Shown here in pieces: positions 49,947 to 59,955 of a stretch of 64,000 bases of DNA. The first letter of the stretch is position 1. Every line of letters starts with the position of its first letter. The position numbers were made by a program, and so were the translations under genes. The DNA lies in assembly GCA_963713825.1 (NCBI GenBank), contig CAVQNG010000003.1, forward strand, positions 553,794 through 617,793. The letters run 5' to 3'. Under the pieces are notes generated by a model. That model was not told the DNA's origin and made no database searches. It saw only the letters and a program-made list of their open reading frames with translations. Source of the stretch: an uncultured Acidobacteriota bacterium (GTDB lineage Bacteria; Acidobacteriota; Thermoanaerobaculia; Multivoradales; JAHEKO01).

Positions 49947-51872
49947 GTGAAGAGGCCATCCAAGCGGTCCGCTCTCGTAGCTCTCGCACTGACCTGTGCC
50001 CTGCTTGGCCTACTTGCGAGCCAGACCACCTTTCTCCGCACACTGGAGCTCAAGACTCTCGACCTGCGGTTCCGCCTTTTGGGCGATCAGGGCGTGGCTT
50101 CGATCGATATCGTCCTCGTCGCCATTGACGACGCCAGTCTCAAGACTCTCGAGCCGGCGGTGGGTCGGTGGCCATGGCCAAGGGAGGCTCACTCCGTCCT
50201 GCTGAGCTACCTGAATCGTGCAGGCGCTCGCCTGGTGGTCTTCGACCTTCTTTTCCTCGAACGCGATCTGCAGAACCCCGGGAGCGATGAAGCCTTCGGT
50301 GAGGCAACCACACTGTCAGGCAATGTTGTCCATTCCATCCACCTCGGCAATCAACAGACTTCTGAAGCCCCACCAGACCTGTTGACCAGCACTTCGATCC
50401 CCTCTGTCGGCAGCTTCGACCAATTCGCTGGCGCCGACTTTCCTCTGCAGCCGATCGCGCGGGGAGCCCAAGGCCTGGGTCACGTTGCGATGACCTTGGA
50501 CCAGGACGGCCCCTGGCGACGTTACCTGCTGCTCGCGGCTCACAACGGTCGGCTGCTGCCATCCCTCGGACTGAGCAGCGCTCTTGCCAGCGAGGGAACC
50601 GAGCTCGGGTCACTCGCTTTCGATGAGCGTCAGGTCCGCGTCGGCGATGCCGAGATTCCTCTCGACAGAGACTGGCGCCTGCCCATTTGGTTCAACGGCG
50701 GTCCCGGTACCTATGCAAAGTACCCTTACGGCCAGCTCTTCTACTCTGAGCTGCAGCTGCGCGAAGATCAGGAACCAGGCCTCGATCCGTCTCTCTTCGC
50801 CGACAAGATCGTCATTGTCGGGCTCTCCGCAGCGGGCCTGCACGACATCTTCACAACTCCCTACAGCGGAGGCAAAGGTGAGCCGGGCGAGGGTCTCGGG
50901 AAGATGAACGGCTTCGAGATCCACGCCAATGTGATCGACGATCTTCTGCACCAGCGCTTCCTGCGACAGTCCCCTCCTTGGCAACGATTGGGACTGGTCC
51001 TATTGGTGGCCCTGGTGACCGTCGGCCTGACCCTGTACACCGGTCTGGCGCCCGCACTGGCCGGCGCGGTACTGGTGCCCCTGGCCTATCTGGCCTTCGT
51101 GCAGTGGGACTTCGGCTACCGAAACCAGTTGCCAGTGGTGAGCGTGATGCTCTCCTGGGCCCTGGCGCTGACCGCGGGGCTCGTCTACCAGTACTGGGTG
51201 GAGTCGGCCGAGAAGCGCAAGGTCAAGCGGATCTTCTCCCGCTACGTCTCACCCGATGTCTACCGGGAGTTGTTGGACAATCCCGACGCTGCCTCACTCG
51301 GTGGGACTCGGCGCGAAATGAGCGTTCTCTTTTCCGACCTTCGAGGCTTCACCACGTTCTCCGAAGGACGCACACCCGAAGAGGTCATCGACCAGCTCAA
51401 TGAGTATTTCGCCGCCATGGTGGAGGTGGTCTTCGCGCATCGCGGCACGGTGGACAAGTTCGTGGGCGACATGATCATGGCTCTCTTTGGGGCTCCCCTG
51501 GAGGATGCCGAGCACGCCGACAATGCCGTGCTCTGTGCGCTGGCAATGCAACAGCGTCTGCGGGACCTCAACTTGATCTGGAGGAAAGAAGGTCGCCCCG
51601 AGCTTGCCAGCGGCATCGGTATCAATAGCGGCGAGATGGTCGCCGGCAACCTCGGTTCCGAGAGAATCCAGAGCTACACCGTGATTGGCGACAACGTGAA
51701 CCTCGGAGCCCGCATCGAGTCACTGTGCAAGGAGTTCCAGGCCGAGATCCTCACCAGCGAGTACACCGAGACCCGGCTCACCGCTGACTACGCCCTCGAG
51801 GAGCTTGGCGAAGTCACCGTCAAGGGCAAGACCCGGCCGGTACGGATCTTCCGCGTGCCACTTTCTATCTGA
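49947..51872 (+). CDS. CHASE2-sensor class III adenylate/guanylate cyclase
   Basis: An N-terminal transmembrane helix plus CHASE2 region and additional transmembrane helices precede a cyclase domain: FSDLRGFTTFSE ... FVGDMIMALFGAP ... GINSGEMVAGNLGS. Confidence 0.85.
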   Translation: MKRPSKRSALVALALTCALLGLLASQTTFLRTLELKTLDLRFRLLGDQGVASIDIVLVAIDDASLKTLEPAVGRWPWPREAHSVLLSYLNRAGARLVVFDLLFLERDLQNPGSDEAFGEATTLSGNVVHSIHLGNQQTSEAPPDLLTSTSIPSVGSFDQFAGADFPLQPIARGAQGLGHVAMTLDQDGPWRRYLLLAAHNGRLLPSLGLSSALASEGTELGSLAFDERQVRVGDAEIPLDRDWRLPIWFNGGPGTYAKYPYGQLFYSELQLREDQEPGLDPSLFADKIVIVGLSAAGLHDIFTTPYSGGKGEPGEGLGKMNGFEIHANVIDDLLHQRFLRQSPPWQRLGLVLLVALVTVGLTLYTGLAPALAGAVLVPLAYLAFVQWDFGYRNQLPVVSVMLSWALALTAGLVYQYWVESAEKRKVKRIFSRYVSPDVYRELLDNPDAASLGGTRREMSVLFSDLRGFTTFSEGRTPEEVIDQLNEYFAAMVEVVFAHRGTVDKFVGDMIMALFGAPLEDAEHADNAVLCALAMQQRLRDLNLIWRKEGRPELASGIGINSGEMVAGNLGSERIQSYTVIGDNVNLGARIESLCKEFQAEILTSEYTETRLTADYALEELGEVTVKGKTRPVRIFRVPLSI

Positions 51873-51879
51873 GCCCTAC

Positions 51880-52115
51880 ATAGCCACCAACGAGCGGAGG
51901 TCCGTCCGGGTGGTTCGCAGGCGGACGGCGTCGGCTACTCAGACTGCAACGGGCGGGCCGCCACCTTGTCACGTCATCGCGCCTCATCTCTTGTGTTCTG
52001 CGATGGTCCTTGCGCTGCGCTCGACGTGGCACCCCCTGTCGAACCACCCGGACGAACCTCTGGCACCGGTGGTCGCATTGAGGCAGTGGGGCACTGAAGG
52101 CGTAGGGGCTTAGGG
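51880..52115 (-). repeat. Structured element of about 200 nt, copy C (reverse orientation), plus a gcgtaggggcttagggg motif
   Basis: The reverse complement of 51880-52090 aligns block-by-block with copies A and B: ggtgccagaggttcgtccgggtggttcgacagggggtgccacgtcgagcgcagcgcaag ... caaggtggcggcccgcccgttgcagtctgagtagccgacgccgtccgcctgcgaaccacccggacggacc. Confidence 0.7.
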
Positions 52116-52291
52116 GACAGAAGACTCGTAGGTACAGAAGTACAAGGCCGTGCCCAGGGTTCGGCGTGGGGACCTCCAGGGGGTTCTTGCAGCGGAAGGG
52201 AGGATAGCCCCCTGGGGGCCCCACGGTGAACGCCTCCTTGGAAGAACGGTTTGGGTTGACGCACAAAAGGGCCGCAGAGGCGCCGGTCGAA

Positions 52292-53809
52292 TCAGGAAAG
52301 CGAGAAGAAGGATTGGATCTTCCGCAGAAAGGTCTTCTCATCTTCCACGGAGACTTCGGCTGCCGCTCGACTGCGGCGATCTTCCAGCGTCTCGAGGGTG
52401 TCAATGCGGCGGGCTGCCAGAGCTCGACTCAGGAGCTCGGCAATACGGGGGTCGGCTTCCAGGGTCAGGGCCAGTGCCTGCTTGGTGAGGACCAGAACAC
52501 CGCACGCATCTCTGGCGATGATCGTTGCGCTACGCGGCTCGCCAGTCAGCAGCGACATCTCGCCGAAGAAGGCTCCCTCTTCCAAGATCGCCAGGTCGAC
52601 GTGCCTGCCCTCTGCCTCGGGATCCGACTTCGTCACCCGAACGGCACCCTTCTCGACCACGAACAGGGAGTCGCCATCCTCGTCCTCTCGTACGAGGACC
52701 TCGCCCGCATCGAAGAGCTTGCGCAGTGAAGATGCGGCGAGCTGCCGTACGATCTCGTCGTCGAGCTCTCGGAAGATATCGACCCTCGAGAACAGCTCGG
52801 ATGCCTTGCGCAGTGCTTTGCTTTGCCGATGCTCCTCCATGTCGGGCGCTTCGTGCATGTGGATCGTGCGGATGGGGAAGGGAATCTCGATGCCGTGCCG
52901 CTTGAGCTGATACCAGATGCGCGAGTTGACACCATCCTTGAAGCGAGAGATGTTCGCCGCTCGCCGCGTCCATACCCGCATGAAGTACGTAATCGCGTGG
53001 TCGTCGAAGCTCTCGAGATGTACCCGCACCGGAGGGCGATCGAGTGCTCCTGGCGCAGACAGCGCCGCCTCCTGTAGGACTTCCTTGATCTCGGCTGGCG
53101 GAACTCCATAGGGAAGACCTATGCGCAGCTCGACTGCGAACGGTCTCTCTCCGGAGCCGTAATTAATCAGCCGAGACACCGAGAGATTGGCGTTCGGCTC
53201 ATAGACGTCGAGGCCCTCCTTGGTGCGCAGGTGAGTACTGCGCCAGGACATGTCCACCACCTGGGCCCGGACGCCCCCTTCGATCACCAACCAGTCACCC
53301 GGACGAAAGGGCTTCTCCAGATCGAGCGCCATGCCCGAGAAGACGTTCTTCAGCGTGTCCTGCAAAGCGAGGCCGATCACGGCGGACAGCACGGTCGAGG
53401 AGACCAGCACCGGCCCGATCGGCTGGTGCAGGATCTCGGTAACCGCGAAGAATCCGACGGCGATCAGGAGGCCCAGTCGTAAGACGTCGCGCGCCAGCTT
53501 CGGCACCAATGGTCCCTGGTCTCTGCCCCAGGGTCGTTGAAGAACCAAGGCATCCATGAAGGCATAGAGAACCAGGGTGGAGAACAACAGTGCAACGGTA
53601 GTAGCAATGCCACCGAAGGCGGATCCGAGCAGGTCGATCCCCAGGGATCGCAGAATTGCCAGCACCGCTAAGCTCAAAGCCCAGAGGTGATAGACGACAT
53701 TGAGGCTGAACCTGGGGACTTTCTTCCTCAACAGGAAGTACAGCGCCTCCAAGAACAGAAAGACTCCCGCACCAACTGCCAACGCCATCACCCACTGTCT
53801 CCAGGCCAT
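52292..53809 (-). CDS. MscS-family mechanosensitive channel fused to a C-terminal cyclic-nucleotide-binding domain
   Basis: Transmembrane helices and an MscS beta-domain (RPGDWLVIEGGVRAQVVDMSWRSTHLRT) precede a cNMP-binding domain (FVVEKGAVRV ... FFGEMSLLTGEPRSATIIA). Confidence 0.85.
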   Translation of the reverse strand: MAWRQWVMALAVGAGVFLFLEALYFLLRKKVPRFSLNVVYHLWALSLAVLAILRSLGIDLLGSAFGGIATTVALLFSTLVLYAFMDALVLQRPWGRDQGPLVPKLARDVLRLGLLIAVGFFAVTEILHQPIGPVLVSSTVLSAVIGLALQDTLKNVFSGMALDLEKPFRPGDWLVIEGGVRAQVVDMSWRSTHLRTKEGLDVYEPNANLSVSRLINYGSGERPFAVELRIGLPYGVPPAEIKEVLQEAALSAPGALDRPPVRVHLESFDDHAITYFMRVWTRRAANISRFKDGVNSRIWYQLKRHGIEIPFPIRTIHMHEAPDMEEHRQSKALRKASELFSRVDIFRELDDEIVRQLAASSLRKLFDAGEVLVREDEDGDSLFVVEKGAVRVTKSDPEAEGRHVDLAILEEGAFFGEMSLLTGEPRSATIIARDACGVLVLTKQALALTLEADPRIAELLSRALAARRIDTLETLEDRRSRAAAEVSVEDEKTFLRKIQSFFSLS

Positions 53810-53939
53810 CGTGGTCTGAGCTTACTAGAAAGGCCGACTCTCACCCGAGAGATGAAAGGCTCTGATCCGGCTGTTCAGAGATAGACTTCCCATTCAAGAG
53901 TTGAACGACCGATCGACCGGATCGAGGAGAGAAAAGCTC

Positions 53940-54344
53940 ATGAGAATCAAGCAGCCTTGGCTGGTGATTGTTCTAGCCGTCGCCCTGTTCAGCCTGACCA
54001 TCGCCTGCTCATCTACCAAGACGGTCAAGGAACGGCCCTACAAAGGCCAGGCGGGACGCACTTTCATCAACGAGGAGTCAGGGCCCGCCTACGGTCTCGT
54101 GGTGGAGCTCTCCGGGAGCGCGATCGTCGTCACGGATCCCCAGACCGGCATGGCGGGACCATTCAAGAACGTCCAGGGTAATGGCACCACGCGCCTCACC
54201 TTGAGCAATTCCTCGGCGCCTATCGCCGTCGGGGGTGAAGGGTTCAAGCTCATCTTCCGGTCTTACCCTTCCGGCCTCAAGATTCGCAGCTGGTGGTGGA
54301 TCAACCAAAAAGGCAAGCGGCTCGGTAAAAAGAAGTCTGGGTAG
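53940..54344 (+). CDS. Lipoprotein, hypothetical
   Basis: A lipobox (LTIACSS) is present. Length is 135 aa. Confidence 0.5.
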   Translation: MRIKQPWLVIVLAVALFSLTIACSSTKTVKERPYKGQAGRTFINEESGPAYGLVVELSGSAIVVTDPQTGMAGPFKNVQGNGTTRLTLSNSSAPIAVGGEGFKLIFRSYPSGLKIRSWWWINQKGKRLGKKKSG

Positions 54345-54518
54345 ATCATTCCGTGATGTCCGTGGTGCGAGATGAGCTCGCCCGCTGGGTGGGGGCTGCG
54401 ACTGCTGTTGTCTTTCTTCTCTTCGGCAAGGGCTTGACCGACCTCGGTCGAGTGACCTGGTACGGCCTTCTGTGGGCAGCCCCTGTTGTCCTGATCTTCG
54501 CGTGAGAACACAGGCACC

Positions 54519-56330
54519 ATGAACGAAGTCTTCCTCATCCTGCTGGGCGCAGCGATCCTCTTCGCCAGCAACCGGGTGCGGCCCGATGTCGTGGCGCTGC
54601 TGACGGTGCTGGCGCTCATGCTGACCGAAGTCTTGACCCCGCGCGAGGCCTTGGCCGGATTCGGTGACCCCGTGATCATCGTGATCGCCGGGCTTCTCGT
54701 GGTCGGAGAGGCTCTGACCCGCACCGGAGTCGCACAGGCCATCAGTCGGTGGATCATGCGGTTTGCCGGCAGCAACGAAACTCGGATTCTCATCCTGCTG
54801 ATGGCTTCCGCGGGGCTTCTCGGGGCCGTGATGAGCTCGACAGCCGTCGTCGCGATCTTCATTCCGGTCGCTTTGGCGATTGGGCGCAAGAGCGGTGTCG
54901 CACCCTCTCGGCTGCTCATCCCGCTGAGCTATGCGTCTCTGATCAGCGGCATGCTCACGCTAATTGCCACGACACCCAATCTCGTGGCCAGCTCCGAGCT
55001 CGACAAGGCCGGATTCGAACCCTTCAACTTCTTCGATTTCACCCCGCTTGGCCTGACGGTCTTGGTATTGGGCATCGCCTATATTGTTCTGTTCGGCAGA
55101 CGCTTCCTGCCGGGTCAAGAGAGAACCCCGGTCGAGACTGTGAGGCAGGGAATGCGAGAGCTCCTCGCCGAATTCGACATTCCGGGCCAGGCCGACCGAC
55201 TGCGGATCTCTCCTCTATCGCCGCTCGTCGGCCGGACCCTCGTCGACTCGGAGATCGGGACCCGCTACGACGCCTGGATCGTCCTGCTCGAGCGAGAGGA
55301 GCGCCTGGGACGGGTCACCAAGGCTTCGCCCAGCGGTGATCTGACGCTGCGGGCCGGAGATGTGCTGGTCGTCGGTGGAGCGCAAGAGAGCATCGACCAA
55401 CTCGTCAACGAGACCGAGCTCGAGCGACTGCCCCTGGAGGATCGACATCGGCGGCGCTGGCTGCGGGATGTTGGACTGGCCATCGTTCTCGTTCACCCTG
55501 AATCCCGGATGTTGGGCAAGTCCCTGAAGAAAGGCCGGTTCCGTTCGCGATACTCACTGAATGTGCTGGCCGTCCGTCGAAAAGGCAAGATCTTGGACTC
55601 GTTCCTCGATAAGTCACTCCAAGTCGGCGACGAGCTGTTGCTGCTGGGCTCATGGGATCTCATTGGAAGACTGCAGCGATTCGGTCATGACTTCGTGCTT
55701 CTGGCCCTGCCTGCGGAGCTTCAGGAGATGGCACCAGCGAGACGCCTGGCCCCGGTTGCTCTGCTGATCCTGATCGGAATGGTTCTGCTCACCGCCCTCG
55801 AGATCGTGCCAATCGTCGTGGCGGTGATGTTGGCCGCCCTGGCCGTGGTCGCAACTCGCACACTGACGATGGAAGACGCCTACAGATCCATCCACCTGAG
55901 CAGTCTGGTTCTGGTCGCAGGCATGCTGCCGGTGGCAGATGCCCTACAGAAGACAGGCGGCGTGGATTTGGTCGTTGGTGGTCTGGTTTCGGGCCTCGGT
56001 GACTCAGGCCCCTACCTGATGCTGTCAGCGCTGTTCTGGATGACGGCTGGTCTGGGGGTGTTTCTCTCCAACACCGCTACGGCTGTGCTCATGGCTCCAA
56101 TCGCCATCGGAGCAGCCCAAGCGGTGGGGGTTTCACCCTACGCCTTCGTCATGACCATCGCGATCGCCGCATCAGCGGTCTTCATGAGCCCGTTTTCCAC
56201 GCCCGTAGTGACCCTGGTCGTGGCTCCAGGGGGCTACCGCTTCTCTGATTTTCTCAAGGTGGGGACACCATTGGTAATCCTGACGTGGCTGGTCGCCTTA
56301 CTGCTGATTCCGCTGCTCTTCCCCTTCTAG
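54519..56330 (+). CDS. SLC13/DASS-family anion permease with two central TrkA-C (RCK_C) domains
   Basis: The transmembrane N and C halves have the DASS architecture. Two RCK_C-like cassettes sit between them (RISPLSPLVGRTLVDSEI ... VLVVGG; LNVLAVRRKGKILD ... LLLLGS). Confidence 0.8.
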   Translation: MNEVFLILLGAAILFASNRVRPDVVALLTVLALMLTEVLTPREALAGFGDPVIIVIAGLLVVGEALTRTGVAQAISRWIMRFAGSNETRILILLMASAGLLGAVMSSTAVVAIFIPVALAIGRKSGVAPSRLLIPLSYASLISGMLTLIATTPNLVASSELDKAGFEPFNFFDFTPLGLTVLVLGIAYIVLFGRRFLPGQERTPVETVRQGMRELLAEFDIPGQADRLRISPLSPLVGRTLVDSEIGTRYDAWIVLLEREERLGRVTKASPSGDLTLRAGDVLVVGGAQESIDQLVNETELERLPLEDRHRRRWLRDVGLAIVLVHPESRMLGKSLKKGRFRSRYSLNVLAVRRKGKILDSFLDKSLQVGDELLLLGSWDLIGRLQRFGHDFVLLALPAELQEMAPARRLAPVALLILIGMVLLTALEIVPIVVAVMLAALAVVATRTLTMEDAYRSIHLSSLVLVAGMLPVADALQKTGGVDLVVGGLVSGLGDSGPYLMLSALFWMTAGLGVFLSNTATAVLMAPIAIGAAQAVGVSPYAFVMTIAIAASAVFMSPFSTPVVTLVVAPGGYRFSDFLKVGTPLVILTWLVALLLIPLLFPF

Positions 56331-56460
56331 CTAGCAACTTCTCGGCGGCCGACTGGGGGGTTCAGGCGGGGTCGGTTGGATTCGAGGAGTCAGCACCGGG
56401 CTCGGCCTCGGTGTCGTTTGGACTACATTCCTTCCGGCGACCTGCCGGATTGGGCACCCC

Positions 56461-56547
56461 TCACGTAGGCACCCCCAGGCGCGGCAGTACCACGTACTGC
56501 AGCAGGATCCAGCCCACGATGATGCCGATGAAAAGGAGATTATCCAT
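56461..56547 (-). CDS. Candidate 28-aa single-transmembrane micro-protein (MDNLLFIGIIVGWILLQYVVLPRLGVPT)
   Basis: An ATG-to-TGA ORF found by hand, below the track's length cut-off. It is strongly hydrophobic and has a weak upstream GGACGAG. Confidence 0.3.
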   Translation of the reverse strand: MDNLLFIGIIVGWILLQYVVLPRLGVPT

Positions 56548-56739
56548 AGTTCTCGCTCTCGTCCTTCACCTTAACAGGCTGGACGCCTGTTTCATTCCAG
56601 ATACGGTCCTGGGGTCGTGAGGTCTTGGAGTCCTGCAACATGCGGGAGTAGGGACCTAGGTGAGCAGGGGGGCGAATGAGACCGCGGGTTGCTTTGGGGC
56701 AATGGACCGTGAGGGAGGGGGTCCCACTGCTCAAGGAAG

Positions 56740-56870
56740 CGGCCGGCAGAGGCGCCGGCCGCTTCTGTCCTCAAAGATCAGCCGAGGCACGCCGGCTGCC
56801 TCAACCCCAAGCCCTCAGAGAACGCCCGGCGGTGAGCCGGGCGCCTCGACCCTGACGACCCGAGCCGATA
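56740..56870. repeat. GC-rich mosaic hairpin repeat locus
   Basis: gcggccggc-agag-gccggccgc hairpin, also seen at 14583, followed by ctgcctcaaccccaagccctcagagaacgcccggcggtgagccgggcgcctc. Confidence 0.75.
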
Positions 56871-56945
56871 GCAATCGCTAGCGGTGAAATCGAATACACT
56901 TGCGCCGACTCGAAGCAGGGGCATAGCCCTCGAGGGAGGCTGACA

Positions 56946-57811
56946 ATGCAAGAGATGTTCTCGAAGCGATGGTTCCGAATCCTCATTGGCGTTCTGGCCG
57001 TGTTGGCGTCGGTGTTCATGGGCCGCTATCAGCGCCAGACAGGGCCTACGTATCCGGTTCCCGTGAGTGAAGAGCTCGCCGGTTCGAGCATCTCCGGCAA
57101 ACTGATACGCACCCACGGCGGGGCAGGAGATGCCCATGTCACGTTGAGCGTCGCGTCCTCCACAGCCGAGGGTGAGGTTCTCTGGCGACGCTATCCCACC
57201 AACGAGGATTGGGGCCGGCTCCCCATGCAGCGCGAGGGGGGGAGCTCGCGGCAGACCTGCCTCATCAGATCCCAGCAGCGAAGCTCGAATACTCCGTGCG
57301 ACTGACCGACAGTGGGCAGGAGGTAGTCCTCCCGCACGGCGAGACGGCAGTCATCCGCTTCCGTGATGACGTACCGGCCTGGGTTCTCATACCTCACATC
57401 ATTTTCATGTTCGTATCCCTGGCCATCGTCTTCAGGGCAGCGTTTGGTGCTTTGCTGGGGGAGGACAACGTACGCCGCTTCATTCCCTGGGCTCTCGGAT
57501 TCCTGCTGCCGGGGGGATTCCTGCTGGGGCCCCTCGTTCAGAAGTTTGCCTTCGACGCTTACTGGACGGGCTGGCCCTTTGGTGGCGACTGGACCGACAA
57601 CAAGACACTCGCCGCACTGGTAGCCTGGTTGATCGCCTGGTACATCTGCCGGCAATGGCCTCGCTTCGAACGACTCGCCATCCTCTTTGCCTCCGTCGTC
57701 ATGCTGGGGGTCTATCTGATTCCCCACAGCATTCACGGCAGCGAGCTGGATTGGTCCCAAATGGAAGCGGTAGCAACCGAGCCAGCCCCCGAGGCGGCCG
57801 ACGGAGGCTAG
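56946..57811 (+). pseudogene. Membrane protein gene interrupted by a -1 frameshift in a G7 homopolymer (57235-57241); either a pseudogene or a sequencing error
   Basis: ORF 56946-57305 and ORF 57209-57811 read as one protein (... RYPTNEDWGRLPMQREGG | ELAADLPHQIPAAKLEYSVRL ...) if one additional G is assumed in gagggggggagctc. Both halves are hydrophobic and membrane-like. Confidence 0.6.
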
Positions 57812-57839
57812 ACACAGATTCGCTGTTGCAAGGCGTCAG

Positions 57840-57955
57840 GATCTCGAGACCCCTACGCCCTGAAGCCCCTGAGCCTCTATTGCCCAGGACCCAAGCCCTC
57901 AAGGACCGGCCGAGACAAAGTCCGGCCGCCTCAACCCCCAAGCCCTCATTGCCTC
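57840..57955. repeat. GC-rich mosaic hairpin repeat locus
   Basis: cccctacgccctgaagcccctgagcc ... ggaccggccgagacaaagtccggccgcctcaacccccaagccctca. Confidence 0.75.
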
Positions 57956-59501
57956 AGTGCTTGTGCACGTCCTTGTGCATCAGGCGCCGGCTGGCCTTCA
58001 GGCGCTCACCGGCGGGTAGAGCCTTCAATCGGGCATTGAGCCCTTCATCGGACTCACCTTCGAGCTTGCCGATCACGAGATCGATGAGGCGAGGCGACAA
58101 ACCCCGTGCCTCGAAGAACTCCCGATTCTCGCCAAGGCTACGAGCGGCGGCCACGGCGCTTGCCGGTAGCTGGTCCAGAGAGTCTCCTGCTTCCGGTGTC
58201 TCAGCCCTGCCGTCGCTGACTTCGAGCTGGCGAGCCAGATCCTCCGACTCGGCCGATGAAAGTCCCTCTTCGACACAGAGAGTCACGGCAGCCAAAAGGA
58301 GCTGCGAGAAAGCACTTCCATCTGGGCTTCGATACTCCACCGTCGTCCGCGCCAGGCTCTCGGGGTAAGAACCGGTTTCTGCCGAGTTCGTGACCTGATC
58401 CAAGCGACCCTCGGTGGCGAAATCGAGGGGAACTCGGATGAGACTCGTGCGATTCCGCTCTCCCCAGCAGACGTTGGTCGGCGCTTCCTGTCCCGGTACC
58501 AGTCGCAGATAGCTCGCCGCCACGGTGTTACCGAAGGCCGTCAGCGGTGCCGCTCTCTCGAGCAAGCCGCCGATCATGCGGAGAGATTCTCCTGAGAGCT
58601 CGCCACCAGCATCGCGCATGACGCTCTCACCAGACCGCTGTAAGGCCAGGTGAAGGTGCAGACCGCTGCCAGCCATGCCCTGATCCAGTTTCGGCACGTA
58701 GGTCACCGACGCATCGTGGCGATCGGCGATCACCCTGACCAACCAACGCGTGACGGCCAGCCAGCAGGCCAGGTCCTCGACCGGCATGAGGTCGAACTCC
58801 AACTCGTACTGCTCTACTCTGCGGCCATCGAGCTCGGCCTCCTCGGACTCCAAACGATCGATGTAGCCCACCTCGCTGTGGCAGTACTTGACCTTGCCGG
58901 AAACAGCCGACGCCACACGCAGGATCTCGTCGGCCACGGTATGACCATGCAAGTAGGGCGCACTCTGGTGATAGTTGCGCTGCGATTTGCCGGTGAACCT
59001 GTCGTCGGATCGCTCGAGGACCAGGTAGAACTCCAGCTCGGCCAGGGCCTCCAATTCGAGGCCGGTCCTGTTGCGTAGGCGCTCGGCCGCGGTCACCACG
59101 ACATTGTCAGGTGTGCTGACACAGGGTTGCCCCCGATGGTCGACGAAGCGACAGACGATGTCCAGCTCATCGTCGGCGAAGGGGTTCAAGAAGGCCCAGC
59201 GATAGACCGGCACGGCGTAAAGATCACTCTCCCCAGTGGGGAAGAGCCCGGGGAAGAGACTCGACCCATCGACGCGCTCACCACCCGCCAGGATCCGCTC
59301 GAGGTATGCACGGTTGTTCACCGGCAACCTCAACTCCCTCAGCTTGCCGTCGAACGAGGTGTAGCGGAAGTTCACCACCTGAATGCCATCGGCCAGGCAG
59401 AGCTCCAGCAGATCGGAGCGCTGCCATTGCTCCGGAGGCTTACCCAGCCGGCGTACCAGAGGCCGGATATCCCACGTCAGATCCCCTGATTTCGATTCCA
59501 T
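57954..59501 (-). CDS. Glutamine synthetase family protein
   Basis: The GS catalytic signatures KLDQGMAGSGLHLHLAL and NRTSLIRVP are present. The start at MESKSGDL (ATG at 59501) follows GGTGGAGA. Confidence 0.75.
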   Translation of the reverse strand: MESKSGDLTWDIRPLVRRLGKPPEQWQRSDLLELCLADGIQVVNFRYTSFDGKLRELRLPVNNRAYLERILAGGERVDGSSLFPGLFPTGESDLYAVPVYRWAFLNPFADDELDIVCRFVDHRGQPCVSTPDNVVVTAAERLRNRTGLELEALAELEFYLVLERSDDRFTGKSQRNYHQSAPYLHGHTVADEILRVASAVSGKVKYCHSEVGYIDRLESEEAELDGRRVEQYELEFDLMPVEDLACWLAVTRWLVRVIADRHDASVTYVPKLDQGMAGSGLHLHLALQRSGESVMRDAGGELSGESLRMIGGLLERAAPLTAFGNTVAASYLRLVPGQEAPTNVCWGERNRTSLIRVPLDFATEGRLDQVTNSAETGSYPESLARTTVEYRSPDGSAFSQLLLAAVTLCVEEGLSSAESEDLARQLEVSDGRAETPEAGDSLDQLPASAVAAARSLGENREFFEARGLSPRLIDLVIGKLEGESDEGLNARLKALPAGERLKASRRLMHKDVHKH

Positions 59502-59831
59502 TTTTGTCTCCACCCGAGCGAGCTTAGCAGGGTGGTTCATATTTCTGCAGCGCGGCATCCCACATTCTTGAATCTGCACCAGCCCATGAAAGTCACCACC
59601 ATAAGTTGCTTCTTTACAGCTATTTACACTCCCATCTCTCGATGGGCCGGCGACAGGGTCCGTCACTTCGGAGGAGAAATTCTTCAAGATTCTGCACCTG
59701 CACTAGGAAGTTCCAGTCACCTGAATCCCTGGGTACACGCTTCACGAAATTGAATCCGTGTCCCGAATCGTCAATGTTCCTCTTGCTCCTCAGCCAGATG
59801 CGGCCAGTCGTTCGCTCGAGCTTTCGGCGTT

Positions 59832-59847
59832 TGGCACCCTCCTTGCT
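59832..59847 (+). promoter_or_regulatory. Candidate sigma-54 (-24/-12) promoter upstream of the TonB-dependent receptor gene
   Basis: TGGCAC-cctcc-TTGCT matches the TGGCAC-N5-TTGCW consensus. It lies about 110 nt upstream of the ATG at 59956. Confidence 0.5.
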
Positions 59848-59955
59848 CTAGGCCCACCTGACGAGAGCGATTCACAGCGCGCAGATCCACGTGGAGTTCC
59901 GTTCTCGCGAGCAGCACGCAGCCACATCGATCCAACTACCCAAGGAGGATCACCC

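Noticed and set aside
51865-52404. 179-aa ORF, and likewise 63075-63491 (138 aa)
   Set aside because: They share peptide strings only because both cross copies of the 200-nt repeat element. They are not protein-coding.
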